Below the pieces are notes generated by a model, which searched no databases, was not told where the DNA came from, and saw nothing but the letters and a program-made list of their open reading frames with translations. A program made the position numbers and the translations under genes. This document shows, one piece after another, positions 47,032 to 55,603 of a DNA stretch of 64,000 nt; the stretch's first letter is position 1, and each line of letters begins with the position of its first letter. Source of the stretch: Flavobacteriaceae bacterium (lineage in GTDB: Bacteria > Bacteroidota > Bacteroidia > Flavobacteriales > Flavobacteriaceae); NCBI GenBank assembly GCA_049115595.1, contig JAGDZS010000007.1, forward strand, positions 217,219 to 281,218. The letters run 5' to 3'.

Positions 47032-47724
47032 TTATTCATAAAAGATAGCCATTTCATTAAGATCTTTTCTTTCTAAATCTGGAACATAGGTTTGTGATTT
47101 TGGATAGCCAATAGGTAATAAAAGAAATGCTCTTTCATTGGCTGGTCTATTTAAAATTTTAGAAAGAAAATTCATTGGGCTGGGTGTATGCGTTAGTGTT
47201 ACTAATCCAGCATCATGAATGGCAGAAATTAACATACCACAAGCAATCCCTATAGATTCATTTACATAGTAGTTCTTGTATTTTTCGTTATTTTCTCCAA
47301 ATTCATATACTTTCTTAAAAGCGATAATTATCCAAGGAGCTTCCTCTAAAAAAGGCTTATTCATATCAGTAGCTAAAGGAGCTAAGTCTTTTTTCCAGCG
47401 TTCACTCATTCTATTTTCATAGTTTTCTTTTTCTTCTATTTCGGCAGCAACTCGAATTTTTGTTTTTAATGCTTGATTAGAAATTGCACAAAATGTCCAT
47501 GGTTGCTTGTGTGCTCCAGATGGAGCTGTAGAAGCACTCTTTATTAAGTTTTCAATGATTTCTTTAGGAATCGGTTGCTCTGAATAATCTCTAATGGATC
47601 TCCTTGTGTCTAACCATTTGTAGAAAGTATTGCTCTTAGAGATCGATTCTCTATTTGATATTTGATCGGAATTGTATATTACATGTTTATATCCGTTAAT
47701 TTCAATTGAGTTCTTTGGCTTCAT
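47032..47724 (-). CDS. nitroreductase-superfamily flavoprotein of the iodotyrosine deiodinase (IYD) subgroup
   Basis: RRSIRDY, APSGAHKQPW, E..NY..RM...W..DL..L.T...K, ESIGIACG, TLTHTPSPM; start taken at MKPKN (47724). Confidence 0.85.
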   Translation of the reverse strand: MKPKNSIEINGYKHVIYNSDQISNRESISKSNTFYKWLDTRRSIRDYSEQPIPKEIIENLIKSASTAPSGAHKQPWTFCAISNQALKTKIRVAAEIEEKENYENRMSERWKKDLAPLATDMNKPFLEEAPWIIIAFKKVYEFGENNEKYKNYYVNESIGIACGMLISAIHDAGLVTLTHTPSPMNFLSKILNRPANERAFLLLPIGYPKSQTYVPDLERKDLNEMAIFYE

Positions 47725-47756
47725 TAAAAAATTATTTGTGCTAAATATAAACAAAT

Positions 47757-47784
47757 AAAGCGCTATCCTACTGGACAGCGCTTT
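47757..47784 (-). terminator. intrinsic terminator
   Basis: Minus strand AAAGCGCTGTCC-AGTA-GGATAGCGCTTT (one G-U pair), then ATTTGTTT. Confidence 0.7.
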
Positions 47785-47869
47785 AACCCTTAATTATAAT
47801 ACCACCCAATCCCCATTGAGTAGTTCTGTTAAAATACACCTAGATGTATTTTATATTTTAAATACTATT

Positions 47870-48694
47870 CTATTGATCTTCCAATAAAACGTATTGTACA
47901 TACATAGTATATGCTCCTGGTTCTGCATAAGTAGCCTTTCCTGAACCAGCTGCCCCTCCAACTAATACTGAGTTTGCATTAGAAGACGATACGATGTTTT
48001 GTGCTACCGTGGCATCTGAACTAAAAGCATTCGGAAAAATAGCTGGAAAACCAGGTAGAATTCTGTAGTCAATTACATACTCAAATGGATCACCTTGTCC
48101 ATTTGCAGAAACGTAGCTACCAGAATGCATGTATCCATTTTTTATGTCATCAGAAATACCAGCATGACCAGCAATGTACTTTCCTGCTTTGTTAGGTGGA
48201 GTAGGAGTTCCGTTTTCACTAACATACAAACTGTTTCCTCCGTTTGGCCTAAAACCATCTTTGAAGTCTTGACTGTAATCTGAATATCTTGCTTCTGAAT
48301 TGTTCGTTCCTGAATTGGGTTGACTTTGTTTAATTTCTACCAAACTCATAGGAATATCAGCTACAGAATTTACTGAAGTTCCGTAACTTTCTTGTTGATC
48401 CCAAAAAGTAGTTCCATTCGGGCTTTTCCCTGTAGATCTACCAACAGCATATAAATCCCATTTTACCGTTGAAGTTACTTTTAAAGTTGTGGCTGCATTT
48501 TTTGTAATACCACTGAAATACTTACTCTTTTTGTCGAAAATAAAATTGATTTGACGAGGTGAATCCATGTTTAATTTAAGAATTGGTTTCATCTCTAAAG
48601 CAATTGAAACACCATTTTGATCGCTCTTTTGAGCTTTTGTCGTTGCAATGAAACTGAATAAGATCAGTACCATTAATGAAGATAATTTTTTCAT
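47870..48694 (-). CDS. secreted protein, putative pilin-like subunit
   Basis: Sec signal, no Cys, N-terminal alternating-hydrophobic strand ending in P-I-L-x-L, C-terminal PGAYTMYVQYVL strand. Confidence 0.6.
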   Translation of the reverse strand: MKKLSSLMVLILFSFIATTKAQKSDQNGVSIALEMKPILKLNMDSPRQINFIFDKKSKYFSGITKNAATTLKVTSTVKWDLYAVGRSTGKSPNGTTFWDQQESYGTSVNSVADIPMSLVEIKQSQPNSGTNNSEARYSDYSQDFKDGFRPNGGNSLYVSENGTPTPPNKAGKYIAGHAGISDDIKNGYMHSGSYVSANGQGDPFEYVIDYRILPGFPAIFPNAFSSDATVAQNIVSSSNANSVLVGGAAGSGKATYAEPGAYTMYVQYVLLEDQ

Positions 48695-48935
48695 AATAAA
48701 TAATAATTAAGGTTTAATACTCTTTCTACTTTTAATCACGCATAGCGCGACTGAACTTGTTTGTTTAGCAGGTCAAAACAACACGTGTTTTAACCTGCCT
48801 AAACAGCTATAAATCTTGGGGACATGATTGGGGAGTATTCACTTTTTCAAGTAAATAACATCACATTTTTTAGGAGGTAACGTGATTTTTTTTGTATGAA
48901 CTTTTCTTATAAAACCAGCTTAGGAGGTAGGTTTT

Positions 48936-49946
48936 TTAGATTTTTTGCATCCAGTTCATAATTGTTTCAGTAGCACTCTTGTCTATATTGTATAAGACAT
49001 TAGGGTTGAGTGTTCCCGAGGTTAGGTAATGATTCAAATTGGTCATTACTTTTACTGTAATAAGGGGATTGTTGAATTTTTTTAACCGATTAACTTCCGA
49101 AATAGGGTTTACATATTGATCTCTCGAACCGATGAGATAAATAGTCGGAATTTGAAGTTGCTTGTAGGCATCTTCATAATCATGTTTATATAAATCGATG
49201 TGTGTGTAACTCCAGAATTTGACATCATTGAGTTCAAAGCCTTTTTCTTTGATGGCCTGAATTCCGATCTCTCTTAGAGCTGTATCACTGATGTCAGAAT
49301 GTTTATTCTTTTCAGTAATGTACACTAAGGTATCAAGTAATTGAACAACTTCTTGTTTCGATTTGTTTTTTACTTGATAATTAGGGAGGGTTTTTATTTG
49401 ATATCTTGAAGCATCCGAAAAGCTTTTCACAGGAGAAGCAATTTGGATTAAGAAATCTATTTGCTCTTTAGGGTTGCTAATGATTTGATGTGCAACAATA
49501 GAGGCCATGCCGCCAAGACTATGGCCTAGGACTCCAATTTGTTTATCTTGTAATTTAGGGAGTGATTTTAAATGCTTAACAGCATAGGCTAAATCATATG
49601 TGAGTCCTGAGATTGCTGTTGTGAAAGTTCCTTGAGATTTACCAACACCTCTTTCGTCGAAACGATAGACAGCAATACTATTTTTTAAAAATTCTTCAGC
49701 TAATTTATAATGGGAATTTCTGGTGTCTTTACCAGAGCCAGGTAGTATGATAACGATCTTTTTGTACGTTGATTTTGGGGTAATCAAGGTACCAGATAGT
49801 TTTAGGTTATCATTAAAATTAAAGAAATCTATATCTGTAAAAACATAGTTTTCTTTACTGTCAATTTCTCTTTCGTGAGAAAAAACAGTTTGAGCATAAC
49901 TTAATGGACCTATTAATAATAGGAACATTACGAGCATGTTCTTCAT
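48936..49946 (-). CDS. secreted alpha/beta hydrolase
   Basis: Signal peptide, LSGTL..P, RFDERGVGKS.G, GHSLGG nucleophile motif, GSRD, LNHYL. Confidence 0.9.
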   Translation of the reverse strand: MKNMLVMFLLLIGPLSYAQTVFSHEREIDSKENYVFTDIDFFNFNDNLKLSGTLITPKSTYKKIVIILPGSGKDTRNSHYKLAEEFLKNSIAVYRFDERGVGKSQGTFTTAISGLTYDLAYAVKHLKSLPKLQDKQIGVLGHSLGGMASIVAHQIISNPKEQIDFLIQIASPVKSFSDASRYQIKTLPNYQVKNKSKQEVVQLLDTLVYITEKNKHSDISDTALREIGIQAIKEKGFELNDVKFWSYTHIDLYKHDYEDAYKQLQIPTIYLIGSRDQYVNPISEVNRLKKFNNPLITVKVMTNLNHYLTSGTLNPNVLYNIDKSATETIMNWMQKI

Positions 49947-50210
49947 TTTTTAAATATAATTTAAGCGCATTACACGATTCCTTATATCTAACTTTAGGTG
50001 GTATTTATAATGTAGGGAACTTGTTAATCTCAATAAGCAAGGGGTGCCTATCTAAAACTTTCTAGGAGATGAATACCACTATTTCTAGTACTATTCTGAA
50101 AATTTTGTGCAAATATATATAAAATAAAATGTAGTTCACTAGGTGTTTTCACCCTTATTTAAATTATTTACAATTTCATAACATTAAAACTTTCAGGTAG
50201 TTTTAATTTT

Positions 50211-50924
50211 TTAAGACATTTTAATTAGCTTTTCTTTGTAAGTGATTACTAATTTTTTTGCTGCAGGGGTATCATTTTTTTCTAAAGCGAAGATCATTTG
50301 CGTCAATACTTCCTTAGAGTAAACTTCATCAGAGATAGCAAAACTTTCTTTTGGAGCTAAAGAGAAAAACAATTCATCAGACCATTCATTTCTTTCTAAA
50401 TCAATAACTAAATGAACTCGATCTGTTTTTCCTTTATTAAAAACAGAATGTATGAAATTTACGTTCGTATACCAGCACTCACCTGGCTGCATGTTTAATT
50501 CTTGGTTGTTGAGTGTAAAGGTAATTTGATCATTGGTAGTGATAGGGATGTGGATTCTAAAATTATTATTTTCATAACCCAACATATGGTCTGTATGCGG
50601 TTTAATCTGAGAATTAGGCATCAATCTTAGAAGTCGTACAGAAAGTAATTTTGATTTGAATTGTAGAATTACTTCTTTTAAATAATGACAAGACTTTAGT
50701 ATATGTGTAGGTTTCAGTGGAATATCAAAATTATCAGTAAAAGTATTACTAGCATTTCCATCTGGTGCATATAGTGCAATCGATTTCCATCCTCCTTTAT
50801 AATTTTGAACATAATGAATAGGAGTCCACTGCATATTAAAAATCAAATTCAAATCATGAACTAGCTTTTTCTCTTCAAATTGAAAAGGCAATTTTAAATG
50901 TGAAATGGTAGGAGTTTTACGCAT
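50211..50924 (-). CDS. aspartyl/asparaginyl beta-hydroxylase domain protein
   Basis: IKPHTD (HxD), FRIHIPI.TN, M..GECWY.N...HSV.N.G..DRVHLVID; start taken at MRKTP (50924). Confidence 0.9.
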   Translation of the reverse strand: MRKTPTISHLKLPFQFEEKKLVHDLNLIFNMQWTPIHYVQNYKGGWKSIALYAPDGNASNTFTDNFDIPLKPTHILKSCHYLKEVILQFKSKLLSVRLLRLMPNSQIKPHTDHMLGYENNNFRIHIPITTNDQITFTLNNQELNMQPGECWYTNVNFIHSVFNKGKTDRVHLVIDLERNEWSDELFFSLAPKESFAISDEVYSKEVLTQMIFALEKNDTPAAKKLVITYKEKLIKMS

Positions 50925-50968
50925 ACTGTAATGATAAGAAAAACGCTGCAAAATTGCAGCGTTTTTTT

Positions 50969-52744
50969 CTATCCTCTATATATTTTTTCGTAGAGATCTT
51001 TATAAATCTCTTTAATAATTTTTCGTTTCATTTTCATAGTAGGTGTCAACTGACCACCATCTATAGACCATTCTTCAGGAGTTAATTCAAATCTTTTAAT
51101 TTGTTCCCATTTCCCAAAACCTTTATTGCATTCATCAACTTCTCTTTGAATTCTATCGATGACAATTTGAGAACCAGAAATTTCTGCACAAGATGTACCG
51201 ATATCGTGTCCTTTTCTTTCAATCCAATCTTCAATAAAAACAAAATTAGGTTGTATCAATGCAGCTGGCATTTTTTCTCCTTCACCAATAACCATCACTT
51301 GTTCTATAAAACGAGATTGTTTTAATTCTCCTTCTAATAATGGAGGAACTACATATTTACCACCTGATGTTTTAAACATCTCTTTAGTACGCCCAGTGAT
51401 TTTTAAGAAACCGTCTTTACAGATCTCTCCTTTGTCACCAGTATGAAAATATCCGTCTTTAATTGCTTCGGCTGTTTTTTCTGGATCTTTATAATATCCT
51501 TGCATTACATTTGGACCTTTTGCTAAGATTTCTCCATTCTCTGCAATTTTTACTTCAACACCGTCAATAACTTTCCCTACAGTTCCTGGTTTAAATCCTC
51601 TGTCTTTTTGATCATTTACAGAAATTACAGGAGAAGTTTCAGTCAATCCATAACCTTCCATGATAGGCATTTCAGCGGCAGCAAAGAAACGTGTTAGTCT
51701 AGGTTGTAATGCAGCACTTCCAGAAACCATTAAATCTAATCGGCCTCCTAACCCTTGTTTTATTTTAGATAAGATAAGTTTTCTTGCAATTTTCAGTTTC
51801 TGTTCATACCACCAACCATTGGCTCCATAAGGCTCATATATTAAAGCCAATTCAATGGCCCAATAAAATAGTTTTTGCTTAATTCCAGGTAATGCTTCAC
51901 CGCCAGCGTAAATTTTATCAAATACCTTTTCATATAATCTAGGTACAGCTGTCATTACATGAGGTCTTACTTCTTTTAAGTTGTCACCCATTTTTTCAAT
52001 AGATTCAGCAAAATAGATTTGTACTCCACAATATTGGTATAGATAAAGGATCATACGTTCAAAAATATGACATACAGGTAGGAAGCTTAAAGCAACAGAT
52101 TCTATAGGAGTTAGTGGAACATTTTTGTCACTAGCCAATACATTTGAAACAATGTTACTATGTGAAAGCATCACACCTTTCGGTCTTCCTGTAGTTCCTG
52201 ACGTATAAATTAATGTAGCCAAATCATTACCAGTTACAGCATCTTTTCTGGCTTCTACTTCATCTTGATTGCTTTCATCTTTTCCTAACCCTAAAACCTC
52301 ATTCCAAGTCTTCTCTCCTTTAATATCATTAAATGTAAATACTTCTTTAAGCTTCGTGTTTCCTTTGATTTGATTTAATTTCTCAGTAATCAAATCATCA
52401 GAAGCAAAGCAATAGGTAGATTCAGAATGATTTAAGACATACTCATAATCTTCTTTTGAAATGGTTGGGTAAATAGGAACATTTTGAGCTCCAATTTGGA
52501 GTATCCCAATATCAACAATATTCCATTCGGTTCTATTGTTGGAAGAAATTACAGCAACTTTATCATTCGCTTTTACTCCTAATCGTAATAAGCCTCTACT
52601 AATAGCGTTGGCTTTTTCTATGTACTCTTTATTAGAAGTTGCAACCCAATCTTGTCCATATTTAGTAACAAAGGTGTTTTCTAAATTGAATTTTTTTTGG
52701 GCATAGTAAGGAAAGTCGAATAATCGAGTAATTTCTGTTGACAT
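50969..52744 (-). CDS. long-chain fatty acid-CoA ligase (AMP-forming)
   Basis: IYTSGTTGRPKG, EGYGLTETSP, FHTGDKG, TPTMKMKR. Confidence 0.93.
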   Translation of the reverse strand: MSTEITRLFDFPYYAQKKFNLENTFVTKYGQDWVATSNKEYIEKANAISRGLLRLGVKANDKVAVISSNNRTEWNIVDIGILQIGAQNVPIYPTISKEDYEYVLNHSESTYCFASDDLITEKLNQIKGNTKLKEVFTFNDIKGEKTWNEVLGLGKDESNQDEVEARKDAVTGNDLATLIYTSGTTGRPKGVMLSHSNIVSNVLASDKNVPLTPIESVALSFLPVCHIFERMILYLYQYCGVQIYFAESIEKMGDNLKEVRPHVMTAVPRLYEKVFDKIYAGGEALPGIKQKLFYWAIELALIYEPYGANGWWYEQKLKIARKLILSKIKQGLGGRLDLMVSGSAALQPRLTRFFAAAEMPIMEGYGLTETSPVISVNDQKDRGFKPGTVGKVIDGVEVKIAENGEILAKGPNVMQGYYKDPEKTAEAIKDGYFHTGDKGEICKDGFLKITGRTKEMFKTSGGKYVVPPLLEGELKQSRFIEQVMVIGEGEKMPAALIQPNFVFIEDWIERKGHDIGTSCAEISGSQIVIDRIQREVDECNKGFGKWEQIKRFELTPEEWSIDGGQLTPTMKMKRKIIKEIYKDLYEKIYRG

Positions 52745-52824
52745 ATATTCTGTAAAAATTTGTTGAATGCCAAATTACAAAAAAGCAACAGATTTCGCAA
52801 TATCTCTATTTAGAGAGTTACTTT

Positions 52825-54585
52825 CTATAAATTATAAATTTTATCATGCAAGTCTCGATGCTTCTCTAAGATGATTTTTCTTCTCATTTTCATAGTAGGA
52901 GTAAGGTGTCCAGACTCAGCTGTCCATTCTTCAGAAGTCATTTCAAAGTTTTTAATTTGTTCCCACTTCCCAAATTTTTTGTTGTAATGATCTATTTCTT
53001 TTTGAACTCTATTTCTTAGTTTTTCACTTTTATAAATCTCATTCGTATTAAGGCCTTTTCTTTTTGCCCATTCGTTTACAAACTCAAAGTTGAGCTGAAT
53101 TAACGCAGCTGGCATTTTTTGACCTTCTCCAATAATCATGATTTGCTCTATAAAACGTGATTTTTTAAATTCACTTTCTAAGACAGCAGGAGCAATATAT
53201 TTACCTCCAGACGTTTTAAAAATTTCTTTTTTCCGATCTGTTATTTTAAGGAATCCATCAGCATCTAATTGACCAATATCTCCAGAATGTAGATATCCAT
53301 TTTTAATAGTCTCTTTGGTCAAATCTTCTCTCTTATAATAGCCTTGCATAACACAATGACCTTTCATTAAGATTTCACCATCTTCAGCAATTTTTATTTC
53401 TACACCATTTAAAGGTTTTCCTACTGTTCCTATTCTTAATCCATTATTTCTTAGATCATTTAAAGTAGCGCCTGGCGAAGACTCTGTCATTCCATATCCT
53501 TCATAAATAGGAATATTAGCGGCAGTAAAGACACGTATAAGCCTTGGTTGTAGTGGGGCACTTCCCGATAACATAAATTCTAGACTGTTTCCTAAAGCCT
53601 CTCTCCATTTGCTAAAAATAATTTTGTTGGCAATCTTCAATTGGAAGTGATACCAAGCACCATTTTTTCGATAAGGCTCATATTTTTCGCCCAAATCCAA
53701 CGCCCAAAAGAATAATTTCTTTTTTATTCCAGAAAGTTGACTTCCTGTATCTACAATTTTATCAAATATTTTTTCTACGAGCCTAGGAACAACTGCCAAC
53801 ATATGTGGTTTTACTTCTTTAATATTGTCTCCTAGTTGTTCAATACTTTCGGCAAAGTAAATTTGAAACCCCATCATTTGAGCATAATAACCAGCAGCTC
53901 TTTCAAAGACGTGACTTACAGGTAAATAACTGATTGTCTTTTTTCCAGAACCAGTAATATTCAATCGTTCTTTTGTAACCTTTATATTTTGTACAATGTT
54001 ATCATGAGAAAGCATGACTCCTTTAGGTGTACCTGTAGTTCCAGAAGTATAAATAATAGTGGCGAGATCTTGAGGAGATACATTTTTCTTTAATTCATCT
54101 ACGGTACTTTGTGAGGCTGTATCTTCTCCTAATTTTAAAAAGGCATTCCACCCAGTTTCATTATCGCTATCAAAACGATATACTTCTTTAAGTTTTGTGT
54201 TTCCTTGAACAGTTTTAACTTTTTGATAAATATCCTCTCCAGCAACAAAGCAATACTCAGCATCTGAATGATCTAATACATACTCATAATCCTTTGCTGA
54301 TAGGGTAGCGTACAAAGGAACATTTTGAGCTCCAATTTGTAAAGAACCAATGTCTATAAAGTGCCATTTGGGTTGATTTACTGGAACTATAATAGCAATT
54401 TTGTCATTAGGTTGTACGCCTAATTTTAATAAAGCTCTACTAACTTGATTTGAAATATTAATAAACTCTTGTGTGGAATAATTTTTCCATTGACTTTCTT
54501 CTTTATAAACAAGACAGTTTTGTTGAGAAAAGTGTTCTTTTTGGAAGTCAAGACAATCAAAAAGACGAGATACTTGTTGTTGCAT
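52825..54585 (-). CDS. long-chain fatty acid-CoA ligase (AMP-forming), tandem paralog
   Basis: IYTSGTTGTPKG, EGYGMTESSP, LHSGDIG, TPTMKMRR. Confidence 0.93.
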   Translation of the reverse strand: MQQQVSRLFDCLDFQKEHFSQQNCLVYKEESQWKNYSTQEFINISNQVSRALLKLGVQPNDKIAIIVPVNQPKWHFIDIGSLQIGAQNVPLYATLSAKDYEYVLDHSDAEYCFVAGEDIYQKVKTVQGNTKLKEVYRFDSDNETGWNAFLKLGEDTASQSTVDELKKNVSPQDLATIIYTSGTTGTPKGVMLSHDNIVQNIKVTKERLNITGSGKKTISYLPVSHVFERAAGYYAQMMGFQIYFAESIEQLGDNIKEVKPHMLAVVPRLVEKIFDKIVDTGSQLSGIKKKLFFWALDLGEKYEPYRKNGAWYHFQLKIANKIIFSKWREALGNSLEFMLSGSAPLQPRLIRVFTAANIPIYEGYGMTESSPGATLNDLRNNGLRIGTVGKPLNGVEIKIAEDGEILMKGHCVMQGYYKREDLTKETIKNGYLHSGDIGQLDADGFLKITDRKKEIFKTSGGKYIAPAVLESEFKKSRFIEQIMIIGEGQKMPAALIQLNFEFVNEWAKRKGLNTNEIYKSEKLRNRVQKEIDHYNKKFGKWEQIKNFEMTSEEWTAESGHLTPTMKMRRKIILEKHRDLHDKIYNL

Positions 54586-54610
54586 GGTTGTAGTTTGTTG
54601 CCTACAAGAT

Positions 54611-54697
54611 AAAAAAATAATAGGTCTCTATACTATAGAGACCTATTAAGGTTGGTAATAGTCGTCCCCTAATTGACTATAGCCTACCAAATTTTCG
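54611..54697 (-). ncRNA. candidate ~85-nt small RNA (promoter, hairpin, terminator)
   Basis: TAACTTTG -7 box at 54702-54709, TTGGTA..ATAGTC-AATTAGGGGAC-GACTAT..TACCAA stem-loop, then a terminator. Confidence 0.45.
54618..54648 (-). terminator. intrinsic terminator
   Basis: TAATAGGTCTCTAT-ACT-ATAGAGACCTATTA 14-bp stem with T7 on the minus strand. Confidence 0.85.
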
Positions 54698-54752
54698 ATG
54701 GCAAAGTTATAAAAGGAAACTTGTATAAGTGTGAGTATAAATACCCGTTTTT

Positions 54753-55544
54753 CTATTGATTGCTTAAAAGATATTTAGAAAAACTCTTCCCATTGATTTT
54801 TGTATACTTAGAATCAATATCAAAAGCTACCTTCATTCCTGAAATATCAAATTTACCACGTACTTGTGTGTATTTAATATTTAAACCTTCTTCAAACTGT
54901 ACATTCTTAAAAGATACTCCTTCTTTGAATTTCGCATATTTAAACGTTGCGTTTTCTGAAAAAGTTGAATTTGAAAAGTCTATAAAAATTCTAAATTCGG
55001 CATATTTAAAAGTTGCATCATTTTCAAAACCTGTGTTTTTAAAACTGATATTGTTTTTGAATTTTGCATATTTAAATGTAGTATCGTCTTGAAACTTTGA
55101 ATTTTGAAAAGAAGCATCTTTTTCAAAATCTGAATACTTGAACATTGCTTTTCCTTCGAACTTGCAGTCTTTAAACATCGCATCTTCTTCAAAATTTGCA
55201 ACAAAAGTATATCCGCTATCCTCACCGTCAGGGAAATATGCTAATACATCATCTTTAAATGTGCAATTCGTGAATGATATATTTACATCAATTTGGTTTT
55301 TAATCTTATTATCAAGGCCTTTGTTATTCCACCATCTTTTCTTTTTTCTCTTAGGAAGGTCTTCTAATTTTTCATCCATGTAGGTGAAGTCTAAAATTCC
55401 TTCAATAGTAGCATTAGATATTGAGATTGATTTTCCGGCTTTGATATCTTTTATGATATCTGCTGCATCAACAGTTTTTTGAGCAAAAGCAACTAAGCTT
55501 GTAAATGCTAAGAAAAAACTTAATAGAGTAACTTTATTTTTCAT
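54753..55544 (-). CDS. secreted pentapeptide-repeat protein
   Basis: Signal peptide; repeated (A/T)xF(K/E)xxxF units: FKYSDFEKDASFQNSKFQDDTTFKYAKF. Confidence 0.88.
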   Translation of the reverse strand: MKNKVTLLSFFLAFTSLVAFAQKTVDAADIIKDIKAGKSISISNATIEGILDFTYMDEKLEDLPKRKKKRWWNNKGLDNKIKNQIDVNISFTNCTFKDDVLAYFPDGEDSGYTFVANFEEDAMFKDCKFEGKAMFKYSDFEKDASFQNSKFQDDTTFKYAKFKNNISFKNTGFENDATFKYAEFRIFIDFSNSTFSENATFKYAKFKEGVSFKNVQFEEGLNIKYTQVRGKFDISGMKVAFDIDSKYTKINGKSFSKYLLSNQ

Positions 55545-55603
55545 TTTATAAGATTTAAATACACTCTAAAGACAGCGACGTTATTTTTTTGTGACAGTAA
55601 AAA

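Noticed and set aside
48730-48752. TCGCGC..GCGTGATTAAAAGTAG on the minus strand resembles the ends of a SAM-II riboswitch
   Set aside because: The P1 loop is only 3 nt and the conserved UGAUUUAACCG loop and GCUAAA tail are absent; the downstream gene is not SAM-related. Kept only as part of the generic structured-leader finding.
47800-48834. Pairing between TCCCCA motifs in the pilin-like gene leader and the TGGGGA loop in its 3' region (invertible segment or long-range RNA pairing)
   Set aside because: Only about 6 contiguous bp, too short for a recombinase inverted repeat or a significant RNA duplex; no invertase nearby.
50141-50154. AGGTG-TTTT-CACCC as a shared regulator site with 6780-6793
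   Set aside because: Two degenerate 14-mers in 64 kb cannot be distinguished from chance without a genome-wide search.
49947-50210. Small precursor peptide for the Asp/Asn beta-hydroxylase in the downstream spacer
   Set aside because: The ATG-initiated frames I checked in this spacer are very short and lack leader motifs.
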